A stretch of 51,253 bases of DNA from an uncultured Pedosphaera sp. (GTDB lineage: Bacteria > Verrucomicrobiota > Verrucomicrobiia > Limisphaerales > UBA1100). The DNA is taken from the NCBI GenBank assembly GCA_964533265.1, contig CAZHJW010000001.1:1-51253 (forward strand), given 5' to 3'. Below are positions 1-8,952 of the stretch, one piece after another; position 1 is the stretch's first letter, and the number at the start of each line of letters is the position of its first letter. The position numbers and the translations under genes were made by a program. The notes under the pieces are model-generated. The model saw only the letters and a program-made list of their open reading frames with translations, did no database searches and was not told the DNA's origin.

Positions 1-1
1 C

Positions 2-1036
2 CCCATATAAAAATTTACGGGCGTTAATGGCTTTTTCATCCAGTAGATCCAGCCCGTGCATATCCTTAGTTGGCTTGAAGCCCACTGCTTTGAGAGCCGT
101 CGGAACCATGTCGATACTGGAAACAGGCGTGGTGGACATGGCCGGTTTCACCTTGCCCGGCCAGCGCACCATGATGGGTGTACGCGTACCCCCGTCATAT
201 TGGCTGCGTTTGCTCTTCATGTCATAACCACGGGCCTTGGGATTCTGAATCCAGCCGTTATCGGTGACGTAGATAATGATCGTATCCTTAGCCATGCCCT
301 TCTTGTCAATGTGTCCGACCAGTTCTCCCACCGTTTCATCAAACCATTCGACCATTGCGTAGTAACGTGCCACATGAGGAGAATCTACTTTGGCGGCGTA
401 TTTATCAAAGAGTCGCTTAGGCGGATTGTGTGGTGTGTGTGGAAGAAAAGGCGCGTACCAAATGAAGAAAGGCTTCTCACCTGCTTCCTCAATGAAATCA
501 TAAATTGGCTTTAGTCCTTCCCGGCCGATCTTAAGACCTTCATCACCGTGACGACCTCGCCTTTTGGGGTCCCCATGAGTCATGCCGTGTGTGAAGCCGC
601 CCCTGCTGTAATGGCCCTGCCACCATTTGCCACTTTGATGACTCACGTAACCTTTCTCTTTAAGTATTCTCGGAAGCGACGGCCCTTTGTCGATTAGTGC
701 CACCTGCTCAGCAAAACGTTTGGCGTATTCCGGCGATCGTTTGCCTTGCGTCGGAATGGGCGGCTCGTTGCCTGTGATTTTGTTTTGATGTGGGTATAGA
801 CCGGTAATCATTGTTGCCAGAGATGGACAACATAAGCTACTGGGCACATAGCCATGTGTGTAGGTCAGGCTCTCTTTGGCAAGTTTATCGATATGGGGTG
901 TCTCAATAACCTTATGGCCCATAAAACTGTAATCAGTCCAGGTGTGGTCATCAGAAATGATGTAGATAATATTGGGCGACTTGGCGAAAGCCAGAATCGG
1001 GAGAAGCGTGGCAAGTAATAAAAATACACGGTGCAT
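2..1036 (-). CDS. Secreted sulfatase (formylglycine-dependent family), 3' end runs off the window
   Basis: Not in the ORF track. Manual translation from the ATG at 1036: MHRVFLLLATLLPILAFAKSPNIIYIISDDHTWTDYSFMGHKVIETPHIDKLAKESLTYTHGYVPSSLCCPSLATMITGLYPHQ... Signal peptide plus PNIIxIxxDD, TPxID, CxPS and TG motifs typical of sulfatases. Confidence 0.9.
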   Translation of the reverse strand, partial: MHRVFLLLATLLPILAFAKSPNIIYIISDDHTWTDYSFMGHKVIETPHIDKLAKESLTYTHGYVPSSLCCPSLATMITGLYPHQNKITGNEPPIPTQGKRSPEYAKRFAEQVALIDKGPSLPRILKEKGYVSHQSGKWWQGHYSRGGFTHGMTHGDPKRRGRHGDEGLKIGREGLKPIYDFIEEAGEKPFFIWYAPFLPHTPHNPPKRLFDKYAAKVDSPHVARYYAMVEWFDETVGELVGHIDKKGMAKDTIIIYVTDNGWIQNPKARGYDMKSKRSQYDGGTRTPIMVRWPGKVKPAMSTTPVSSIDMVPTALKAVGFKPTKDMHGLDLLDEKAINARKFLYG

Positions 1037-1082
1037 GGGGCGAATTTGGGGCAACTTCTGATCCTCTGCAAGCAAAGTCGGC

Positions 1083-1111
1083 TTGAGGAAAGATTGCCTG
1101 TAGGGTATATT
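1083..1111 (+). promoter_or_regulatory. Sigma70-like promoter of the 6S-like RNA (-35 TTGAGG, 17 bp, -10 TATATT)
   Basis: TTGAGG at 1083-1088 and TATATT at 1106-1111; the predicted +1 (~1118) coincides with the first base of the long hairpin. Confidence 0.65.
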
Positions 1112-1117
1112 GTTTGT

Positions 1118-1291
1118 ACCCGGCCGGGCCGCGCAAGGATACACGCCCTGGAAGGTAATAAATATAAATGGGGCCTTGCCTTCGATGCTGGCCGTCAGGC
1201 CTTGACTGGAAGTCGTAAGGCGTTGATTGGGCCCCACCTTGGAATCATCGTTCCTTGGGCCTTGTAAGCGCGGTTTGGTTTGGGTTTTTTT
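1118..1291 (+). ncRNA. ssrS: 6S RNA (ssrS)-like rod-shaped RNA
   Basis: 5' ACCCGGCCGGGCCGCGC pairs with 3' GCGCGGTTTGGTTTGGGT using many G-U pairs (fixes the + strand). Inner stems CAAGG/CCTTG, GCCC/GGGC, TGGGGCC/GGCCCCA and GCCTT/AAGGC flank an A-rich central bubble (TAATAAATATAAA). A U-run ends it; ~175 nt; lies upstream of rarA and ygfA, known 6S neighbours. Confidence 0.8.
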
Positions 1292-1328
1292 GTGCCCTTC
1301 TCCTGTTCTAACCGGTAAACTAAAACAA

Positions 1329-2705
1329 GTGGCAGAACGCGATCTATTCAGCGGTGAATCGGGGTCTCAAGCCGAAACTCCAAAGGCGGATCGTGCTGCA
1401 GGCCAGCGACAGGCGCCGTTGGCCGCTCGAATGCGCCCGCAAACTCTCGATGAGTATGCCGGTCAGCAGCATATTCTCAAATCGGGCATGCTGCTGCGGC
1501 GGGCAATAGAGGCTGACCGGATTCAGTCCTTAATCTTTTATGGTCCGCCCGGAACCGGGAAAACTACATTGGCCCAAATCATTGCCAATCGGACCGAGAG
1601 TAAGTTCGAACGCTTAAGTGGAGTGGAAAGTAACGTGGCGGAGATGCGGCGGGTATTAAGTGGGGCCGCAAACAGGCTTGAGAATACCGGGCGGCCCACC
1701 CTACTCTTTATAGATGAGATTCACCGTTTCAATAAATCTCAACAGGATGTGTTATTGCCCGATGTGGAAGGTGGCACCATTCGGCTTGTAGGGGCCACCA
1801 CTCATAACCCCTTCTTTTTTGTTAACTCACCATTAGTGTCACGCTCGCAAATATTCGAACTACAACCTCTCGGTGAGGAGGATATTCATAGTCTTCTGGA
1901 ACGGGCATTGGTGGACAGCGAACGCGGCTTGGGGCACATAAAAATGGAGGTCAAGCCGGAGGCTTTGGAACATTTGGCGAGGATTTCTGATGGAGATGCT
2001 CGAAAGGCATTAAATTCACTGGAGATCGCCGCTCTTACCACTGTTCCTGATGGGGAAGGCATAATCAGAGTGTCGATGGAAGTGGCAGAGGAATGCATCC
2101 AGAAAAAGGCGATTGTCTATGATGCTGACGGAGATCAACATTATGACACTATATCAGCTTTCATTAAATCGATTCGCGGCAGTGACCCCGACGCGGCTCT
2201 TTATTGGTTGGCCAAGATGATTCTTGCGGGTGAAGACCCTCGATTTATCACGCGCCGATTGATGATCAGTGCCTCCGAGGATATTGGATTGGCCGATCCA
2301 ATGGCCTTGGTGCTTTCCACCTCCGCGCATCAGGCAGCTGAATTTGTTGGCTGGCCTGAAGCACGTATACCCATTGCTGAAGCAACGGTATACTTGGCTA
2401 CTGCGCATAAGAGTAATAGCGCCTATACTGCAATCAATTCGGCTTTGGAAGAGGTCAAGAATGGGCGGACTATCCCTGTGCCCAAGCATTTACGGGATGG
2501 CCACTATAGTGGCGCAGAAAGACTGGGTAATGCTGAAGGATATAAATATTCGCATGATTATGAGGGGCATTATGTTGCCCAGGATTACCTTGGGGTTGAT
2601 GCTCGTTTTTATGAACCCACCGAACAGGGCGTTGAAAAGAAAATAAAAGATCGGGTTTTGCATTGGCGATCGCTTCAGGAGAAGGCAAAAACCGATGGCG
2701 GTTAA
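1329..2705 (+). CDS. rarA: Replication-associated recombination protein A (RarA/MgsA AAA+ ATPase)
   Basis: PLAARMRP, Walker A GPPGTGKT, FIDEIHRFNKSQQD, GATTHNP, SAFIKSIRGSDPDA, SEDIGLADP. GTG at 1329 preferred because the TTG at 1227 lies inside the 6S-like RNA. Confidence 0.95.
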   Translation: MAERDLFSGESGSQAETPKADRAAGQRQAPLAARMRPQTLDEYAGQQHILKSGMLLRRAIEADRIQSLIFYGPPGTGKTTLAQIIANRTESKFERLSGVESNVAEMRRVLSGAANRLENTGRPTLLFIDEIHRFNKSQQDVLLPDVEGGTIRLVGATTHNPFFFVNSPLVSRSQIFELQPLGEEDIHSLLERALVDSERGLGHIKMEVKPEALEHLARISDGDARKALNSLEIAALTTVPDGEGIIRVSMEVAEECIQKKAIVYDADGDQHYDTISAFIKSIRGSDPDAALYWLAKMILAGEDPRFITRRLMISASEDIGLADPMALVLSTSAHQAAEFVGWPEARIPIAEATVYLATAHKSNSAYTAINSALEEVKNGRTIPVPKHLRDGHYSGAERLGNAEGYKYSHDYEGHYVAQDYLGVDARFYEPTEQGVEKKIKDRVLHWRSLQEKAKTDGG

Positions 2706-3243
2706 TGAAGATAAATTAAAAGTTCGTGCTGAAATAAGTGCGATTCGAATTAGACCAGAAGAACGCGAAGAAGCTTCTTCGGCGATATGTAACCGGATAA
2801 AGGCACTTGAGGTGTGGAGGGATGCCAAAACAGTTCTGCTGTATGCACCACTGCCAGATGAGCCTGATGTAGTGCGGCTCTTTGACTATTCTAAAAGCGT
2901 TTGCTTCCCCCGTTTCAAAGTGGATCGAGTCTATGAATCGGCAATTGCTGAAAACGTTGAAAGTCTTGTGGTTGGTAAATTTGGAATTCAGGAGCCTCCG
3001 CCAGAGGCCGTTCATGTAAATGCCTCAGGTATTAATATAACTTTGGTCCCAGGACTTGCATTTGACGAGTCTTGCAACCGGCTTGGGCGAGGCCGAGGCT
3101 TTTATGACCGATGGCTACCCCATATATCAGGAATTAAAATAGGAATCGGCTTCGATCATCAACTGGTAGACTCTGTGCCAACCGAAAATCATGACCATCA
3201 ATTGGACATGGTTGTGATGCCGTCCAGGGAAATTAGAAGGTAG
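2695..3243 (+). CDS. ygfA: 5-formyltetrahydrofolate cyclo-ligase
   Basis: VPGLAFD...RLGRGRGFYDR and P-E-HD..LD motifs. Confidence 0.93.
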   Translation: MAVNEDKLKVRAEISAIRIRPEEREEASSAICNRIKALEVWRDAKTVLLYAPLPDEPDVVRLFDYSKSVCFPRFKVDRVYESAIAENVESLVVGKFGIQEPPPEAVHVNASGINITLVPGLAFDESCNRLGRGRGFYDRWLPHISGIKIGIGFDHQLVDSVPTENHDHQLDMVVMPSREIRR

Positions 3244-3423
3244 TTATCTATTGCGGCGACGATCAGTGCCGCCTCCAAAAAACTGGAAGCCGCGCGGCTC
3301 ATTCCAAGGTCTTTCTGAAACATTATCGGTATCAGGCGTTTCGCAGGCGGTGGTTCCGGTCAGGATAAGGCCGGAACCAATGATAATTAATATAGTGATT
3401 GGGGTGAGTAGATTACGTTGCAT
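3244..3423 (-). CDS. Small putative lipoprotein
   Basis: Hydrophobic N-terminus followed by TTAC (lipobox-like), then a short tail NVSERPWNEPRG; last gene of the minus-strand run. ATG at 3423. Confidence 0.65.
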   Translation of the reverse strand: MQRNLLTPITILIIIGSGLILTGTTACETPDTDNVSERPWNEPRGFQFFGGGTDRRRNR

Positions 3424-3428
3424 CAGGT

Positions 3429-4070
3429 TCAAGGGGTTTGTCCTGTTCTAAGGATGGGTTTATTCAGCTTCCCGGGTTTAATCGGCTTGGGGGCAATAAA
3501 CCGCGGCGAAGCTATTTCAATGGGTCTTTTCCGTTGTAATTCGATTATTTGCTCAGGAGTAACCCCTGTAGCCAAAAAAGGTTTTAGAGCTTGGATGGCC
3601 TTATCCAGTTCAACAGATGTTTCGGTATGGGTCTTATTTGCGTCAATCAGTGCCTTCGATAATTTTGCGTTGGTAGCGTTAAAGTCCATGATTGTTGTCT
3701 GAAGTTTAATTGCTTTATCAGCAAGTCCTTGGGCTTCCACTAATTGTGACTGCAATGTTGCGTTATTTGCTTGTGCTAACTGAAGGTCCCCCGCCATTTG
3801 CCCCTGGTCACCTTGGGCTGAGGCCAAGCTTTGATTAGCGGCTGCCAAAGCGTTGGTTGCTTTAGCAAGTTGGCCCTTAAGTGAAAAATTTTCTTTCTCT
3901 TCGGCAACCTTTTGCTCTGTTAACTTAAGGCCCTTTTTTTTCTGATCTTCCGCCGCTTCATGCGCATTGCTAATCAGCTTCTCAGATTTTTTTTGCTCCA
4001 TTAAAAGGTATGCGCTTGTCCCTAATGAACCTAGTAATAACAGGGTTAGGGCAATGAGAGCGGCTTTCAC
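3429..4070 (-). CDS. Membrane-anchored coiled-coil protein
   Basis: N-terminal TM segment and heptad-rich body; GTG at 4070 directly follows the upstream stop (TTG at 4088 is the alternative). Confidence 0.75.
   Translation of the reverse strand: MKAALIALTLLLLGSLGTSAYLLMEQKKSEKLISNAHEAAEDQKKKGLKLTEQKVAEEKENFSLKGQLAKATNALAAANQSLASAQGDQGQMAGDLQLAQANNATLQSQLVEAQGLADKAIKLQTTIMDFNATNAKLSKALIDANKTHTETSVELDKAIQALKPFLATGVTPEQIIELQRKRPIEIASPRFIAPKPIKPGKLNKPILRTGQTP
3721..3860. repeat. Copy 1 of a 140-bp segment shared with 4481-4620
   Basis: Ungapped alignment, 118/140 identical by hand count. Confidence 0.9.
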
Positions 4071-4071
4071 C

Positions 4072-4842
4072 TTAGTTTGCCTTGGCAACTTTGTCGCCGG
4101 CTTTGAGCAGTTGGCGGGTAAACTCTTTTACTGCATCAGCAATTGAAACAGTTGGTTGAGTTTGTTTGATTTTAATTTTCCCAACTAGATTCCCGGCGCG
4201 AAGGACATTGAATTCATCACCGGCCTTGACGCCATGATCTGCGCCGCGATTAATGACGTAAAAATTGAATTTAGGATCGTAGCTGGCAATGGCTCCAATT
4301 TCTGCTCCGGGCTTGGCATTGGTTCTAGGGGTGCCGCCCTTGGGGGTTTCGTTTTTGGATTCTGTGGCAGCTTTATCGGCATCGATTTTTTCAAGTCGTT
4401 TTTTCATCTTCCGCAGATCAGCAGGGGTTCCTAAAGCCTCGTAGTCTGCAAAATCCTTTTTCATGTTTTTGGCTTCTTCTGCAAGTCCTTGGGCTGCCAC
4501 TAATTGTGATTGTAATGTTGCGTTATCTGCTTGTGCCAACTGAAGGTCCTGTGCCATTTGGCCTTGGCCGCCTTGTACTGAAGCCAAGGTTTGATTGGCG
4601 GCTGCCAATTGGTTAGTCGCTTTGTTGAGCTCCCCTTGGGCAATTTGGAGGTCGCTATTAAGCTTTTGGTTATCAGTTTGAAGCTTTCCAGTGCCGCCTT
4701 TGGCTTGCTGGGCATCTGCTACTGCGGCCGTTTTTTCTTCTTCCGCTTTTTTGAGGTCTCCCTTGACACCCATTCCAAAGACGATACCCGCTATTCCGGC
4801 CAAAATATTCAGGCCCAGCATTATTTTGGTTACTTTACCCAT
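4072..4842 (-). CDS. Membrane-anchored coiled-coil protein with a C-terminal small beta domain (FlgT-C-like)
   Basis: N-terminal TM, long coiled coil, C-terminal VINRGADHGVKAGDEFNVLR..VGKIKI pattern. Confidence 0.75.
   Translation of the reverse strand: MGKVTKIMLGLNILAGIAGIVFGMGVKGDLKKAEEEKTAAVADAQQAKGGTGKLQTDNQKLNSDLQIAQGELNKATNQLAAANQTLASVQGGQGQMAQDLQLAQADNATLQSQLVAAQGLAEEAKNMKKDFADYEALGTPADLRKMKKRLEKIDADKAATESKNETPKGGTPRTNAKPGAEIGAIASYDPKFNFYVINRGADHGVKAGDEFNVLRAGNLVGKIKIKQTQPTVSIADAVKEFTRQLLKAGDKVAKAN
4481..4620. repeat. Copy 2 of the 140-bp segment shared with 3721-3860
   Basis: Offset of 760 bp, same strand, encodes the same peptide frame (ATNxLAAANQxLASxQGxQGQMAxDLQLAQAxNATLQSQLVxAQGLA). 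Confidence 0.9.
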
Positions 4843-4942
4843 ATTAAATCGTTCCCCTTAAGGTCTAACCTAGTCGGTAAGGCCAATAATGTCAATTATT
4901 GGGAACGACTTATGGCTCGAAAAACAAGTGAAATCTGGAAGA

Positions 4943-6169
4943 TTACTTGTTTGGTATGGGTGGCGGATTCAGAAAAGGGATGGGGGGTTCGCCCGGATTA
5001 GGTGGCTTGATAGCACCTTCTTCTTTATCCTTAAGCAATTCTTCCCTCTTTTTGAGGATGGAATCCACTGTGTAACTACTAACCCGGTAGGCATGTTTGG
5101 TGTACCCGGATTCTTTTTCCAACTTTTCCTTAAGAGTTTCCTGTTTGGCGGCCCAATCGTCATCAAGTTGTTTTTTATCCTCAGGCTTTTCGTCTTTTGC
5201 CGGGATGCGCTCCTTGGGCAAGTTTGCAGAAACGTTCACTTGGATGATTCGGTCGCTTCCCGAGGGGATTTGGCCAACTTTCACCTCATAGGTAAGCCCA
5301 TCAAATGTCTTGATGCTGATTTGGGTTGCGTTCTTATCCAGCTGTGATTTTTCGATGTCAGTTGCCAGGTCGTTAAATGAAGGTGAGCTTAAAGGCGAGA
5401 AAGGTGCGCTAGCTGTATCAAGGCTTTTTCCTTCAGGAATCTTGCCTTCCAGTTTCCATTCGGCGACGTCGCTGGATTTGGTAATTTTCCAAGAATTAGT
5501 TGATTCTCCGCCGGGGTATTTCACTTCAATGCTGTTGGCTTTCTCAACCTTGATGAAATCCTTATTTAACCAGTCGCTGGGCGTGGTGTTGGCATTGCTG
5601 AAAGTTTGGTCAACTACGGTGATCTTGCTCCGGTCGCTGTCTATCATCACGAAACGTCGGTCAGGAAACCCGCCTCCTCCCATTGGGGAGTTTTGGTTAT
5701 CTGAGCCTGGTGCAGAAAGCTCCTTGCCTAGATGGAGTGTATGCAGGGCTTTGCCCTCCTTATCCTGAAGGGTGATTCGAGTGGCAGAATTTTCAGATGC
5801 TGCGCCCGGATCAATTAGGCCGATGCGGCCTAATTGATCGCTTGCGGCACTTAGCTCTCTGAGCACCTTCATGTCTTTAAATTCACTGACAAATTTTTCA
5901 ATTCGTTCCGCATCTGCCGGGTATGCTTCCCGGTTAACCACAACCCACCCTTCGTCGGCTCGATTTAAGGTAAGGGTGTCCTTGGCTTCGCTTTTGTTGG
6001 CCGTAATTACTATTGCGTTAATTTTGCTGAAAGGCAGCTCGGCCAAGGGTTCTTTTCCTATAACAATGGAAGCAGTGCTACTCTTTCCTGCGGTCATTAA
6101 ATAAATAACGCCAAGGATTGCCAATACAATTGCCGGTCCAACGATTTTTTTTGATCTATCAGGTTTCAT
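4943..6169 (-). CDS. DUF4340-like periplasmic protein accompanying the Gld-type ABC system
   Basis: N-terminal TM, W-V..YPAD..I motif, 4-bp overlap with the upstream GldF/G-like gene; the usual context for DUF4340. Confidence 0.75.
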   Translation of the reverse strand: MKPDRSKKIVGPAIVLAILGVIYLMTAGKSSTASIVIGKEPLAELPFSKINAIVITANKSEAKDTLTLNRADEGWVVVNREAYPADAERIEKFVSEFKDMKVLRELSAASDQLGRIGLIDPGAASENSATRITLQDKEGKALHTLHLGKELSAPGSDNQNSPMGGGGFPDRRFVMIDSDRSKITVVDQTFSNANTTPSDWLNKDFIKVEKANSIEVKYPGGESTNSWKITKSSDVAEWKLEGKIPEGKSLDTASAPFSPLSSPSFNDLATDIEKSQLDKNATQISIKTFDGLTYEVKVGQIPSGSDRIIQVNVSANLPKERIPAKDEKPEDKKQLDDDWAAKQETLKEKLEKESGYTKHAYRVSSYTVDSILKKREELLKDKEEGAIKPPNPGEPPIPFLNPPPIPNK

Positions 6170-8952
6170 TTCGCAGCAGTACGTTTACGGTTTCTTACAG
6201 CTAGTCCAATTCCAAATACAGTTACCAAAAAAGGCATTCCGGCTGTGCTATACCATTTGATTCGATTCAAGAGAGAATTCTCAGCTTCGCGCCTCTGCTT
6301 TTTAATTCGTCGGACCGTTTTTTGCGCCCGGTCTCTGGCTTCTTCAGCTTCTGCCTGGCTGGATTCCAGCTTCTTCCTATCCTCCTCTGAGACTTGAAGG
6401 CGAATCACACCTGATTGGCCTGATTGAATTGCGTTGCGTAACTGATCTTGAAGTTTGTTGGCTACATCTTGAACTTTTGTTTCTGCATCCTCCAGTTCTT
6501 GTTCGGTCTTTTCAAGTTCCTTCCGGATTTGAGCAGTGGCTGCTTCTTTCATCTCATTAAGTTTTTTCAAAGGACGACTTCGGTTGGTAAGGCTACGTAT
6601 CCTAATTAGGTCTTCATCGCCGGTAAGATAATCGACCAGATTCAAAACAAAGTTCATGTTACTATTTCGAAAGCCTCGGAATTGATCCAGCTGCTGGTTG
6701 GTGTCGTGGAGAAAATCCACATCGCCGACTAAAACGACAACCGGGCTCACATCCTTCTTAACTGTCTTGAGTGAATTATCCGGGATCTCAGGTTGGGTTG
6801 AATTTGCGTCTTCCGAAGGGGCCGGTCTTTCGGGGTCCCCCTTCGGGAAAGCAGTTTTAAATCCACCCGTTAATTTGAGGGCTAGTATGTTAGTGCCGCT
6901 GGTTGCGCTAAAGGTTTTAGTGATTGCGGCCTGGGATTGTTGAAATGAGGGTAAAGGCAGTAGTCCCTTTGTTGAACTGACGTCAATGAGTGCTGAGTTT
7001 GTTGTGCTGTGTAGCAAAGTTGTAACTTCAGGTCGGGCCCCACCATCCTGAGCTGTTTCTATTCTGAAGGCCCCGAAATGTATGCCGACTAATGGTCCCA
7101 GTTGTTGCAGAATTGGATCATTCTGATTTTGCCCTTCAGTTTGAATATCAAGGGCAGTTAGCCAGGAACCGCCACTTTGAGGGGGGCGCAGGGCAAAGGC
7201 AGTATCAGCGACCACTTTGTTGTCTGTAAAATTAATGCCCCATGATGGGAGTAATTTGTCTAGATTAGAACTGCTGCCGGTGGGTGGGGAAAACCCCCCC
7301 ATGGGCCCTTGGTCAAGGGCATGATTCGGGTCCAAAAAAGCGGCAACCTTACCTCCACCAAGAACGTACTGATCAAGGGCAAATTGCGCCTTCTCGCTGA
7401 TACTCTTCGGGTGGATGACAATAAGTAAATCGATGTCATCGGCGATCGCGGGGACGTTCATGTCTATGGTTTGGATATTGTCCCGACCGTAGCTGGCTTG
7501 GAGCTGCCGCATGAGTAACCAGGGGGGAGCCGGACGTTGCCCTCTCATCATTTGAGGAGGGAGATTTGGCGGGAAACCACCGTTAATTTGTAGAGGCGAC
7601 ATAATCCCAATGGTGGGGGCCTTGCTTTCATCCTTAAGTAGGCGCGTTATGGCGGAGGAAATATCGTACTCGAGCATTGCTTCAGGTCGAAGCCCTCCTG
7701 GTCTGCCCCCAGGTCCCTGCTCCAGAAGGCTGATCATTTCGGATTTGTCGGCGTAACTCAAGGTGAGGCCGATGTAGGCAAACTCCTCCAAACCGATTTG
7801 CATTCGTGTGATATTATCCTGCCTGGCTAGATCCTCTTCATCAGTGTCGGGTTGCGGGTTGATTTCGTTGAAAACAATGGAGCCTTTACTGGCAGCTTCA
7901 TACTCATTGAGTAGTTCTTTTACCCGAGCTGCGTATTGGCGAACAAAGGGACTAATGCGTTCATCACCCTTGGTGAAATAGAGACGGGCATCAATCTTGA
8001 AAGCGTCCTTATCATTTCCACGTCCTTCAGCAACTCGGCTAAGGATGTTTTTACTGCCTTGAGAGAGCGTGTGTATTTTATTTTCAGTGAGATCCCATTT
8101 GCCGCTAATTGACCCAGCCAGCAGGTTAACAGTAACAAGGATTAGAGCCAGAATGGCAATTTGAGCGCCAGCAAAACCAAATGCTTGAGCAGGTTTGTTC
8201 TCCTGCCCTCCCCGGATAATCACAGTAGTAGCTGCCAAGGTGAAAACAATGACAGAAACAAAGAAAAGGAAATCACGTAAATGGACTACTCCTCTTTGAA
8301 TAGCTTCAAAATGAGTCATAACACTGAAGCTTGAAACGAGGTCAACTATGAATTCATTACCAGGGAAAAGCCCCTGCATGAAGTCAGTTACCGGTGGGAA
8401 CCCTGCTAGAATGGTGAATAAGCATAGAATTACTGAAATTACAAAACTGATGACCTGATTTCGGGTGAGTGCTGAGGTCATGCATCCTATTCCAAGATAG
8501 GCGCCTGCCATGAGAGCACTCCCGATATAAGCGCAAAGAATGGCTCCGTTATCAGGTGATCCTAGAAAGTTTGGAGTTAACCAAATAGGAAAAGTTAGAA
8601 TCAAACCCACAACTAAGAATGCCCAGGAAGCCAAGAATTTCCCTATAACCGCTTGGTTTGTTGTGATCGGCAGGGTTAAAAGTAATTCAAGGGTGCCGGT
8701 GCGTTTTTCCTCAGACCAGAGGCGCATGGCAATGGCGGGAACTAAAAATAGATACAGCCACGGGTGCCAAAGGAAAAAGGATCCCAGAGAAGCCTCGTTT
8801 CGGGCGAAGAAATCCTGACCAACCATAAAGGTGAAGAACCCGGAGAGCAGTAAAAAGATAACCAGAAACACATAGGCTACTGGAGACGTGAAGTAGGCGC
8901 TAAATTCGCGTTTGGCGACGACCAATACATTTCGGAGTGGACTGGAGTTCAT
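6166..8952 (-). CDS. Fused GldF-like ABC-2 permease + GldG-like auxiliary component
   Basis: N-terminal KREFxAYFxSPVAY, MRLWSEEKRTGTLELLLTLP (GldF-like); then DLTENKIHTLS, EYDISSAI, ALDQYVLGGG, VGDVDFL, N..FVLNLVDYL (GldG-like); C-terminal coil plus TM. Confidence 0.85.
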   Translation of the reverse strand: MNSSPLRNVLVVAKREFSAYFTSPVAYVFLVIFLLLSGFFTFMVGQDFFARNEASLGSFFLWHPWLYLFLVPAIAMRLWSEEKRTGTLELLLTLPITTNQAVIGKFLASWAFLVVGLILTFPIWLTPNFLGSPDNGAILCAYIGSALMAGAYLGIGCMTSALTRNQVISFVISVILCLFTILAGFPPVTDFMQGLFPGNEFIVDLVSSFSVMTHFEAIQRGVVHLRDFLFFVSVIVFTLAATTVIIRGGQENKPAQAFGFAGAQIAILALILVTVNLLAGSISGKWDLTENKIHTLSQGSKNILSRVAEGRGNDKDAFKIDARLYFTKGDERISPFVRQYAARVKELLNEYEAASKGSIVFNEINPQPDTDEEDLARQDNITRMQIGLEEFAYIGLTLSYADKSEMISLLEQGPGGRPGGLRPEAMLEYDISSAITRLLKDESKAPTIGIMSPLQINGGFPPNLPPQMMRGQRPAPPWLLMRQLQASYGRDNIQTIDMNVPAIADDIDLLIVIHPKSISEKAQFALDQYVLGGGKVAAFLDPNHALDQGPMGGFSPPTGSSSNLDKLLPSWGINFTDNKVVADTAFALRPPQSGGSWLTALDIQTEGQNQNDPILQQLGPLVGIHFGAFRIETAQDGGARPEVTTLLHSTTNSALIDVSSTKGLLPLPSFQQSQAAITKTFSATSGTNILALKLTGGFKTAFPKGDPERPAPSEDANSTQPEIPDNSLKTVKKDVSPVVVLVGDVDFLHDTNQQLDQFRGFRNSNMNFVLNLVDYLTGDEDLIRIRSLTNRSRPLKKLNEMKEAATAQIRKELEKTEQELEDAETKVQDVANKLQDQLRNAIQSGQSGVIRLQVSEEDRKKLESSQAEAEEARDRAQKTVRRIKKQRREAENSLLNRIKWYSTAGMPFLVTVFGIGLAVRNRKRTAAK

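Noticed and set aside
27-1267. Short ORFs listed in the track at the left edge (27-227, 56-514, 865-1071, 951-1136, 1031-1267)
   Set aside because: They are shadows of the minus-strand sulfatase frame or overlap the 6S-like RNA.
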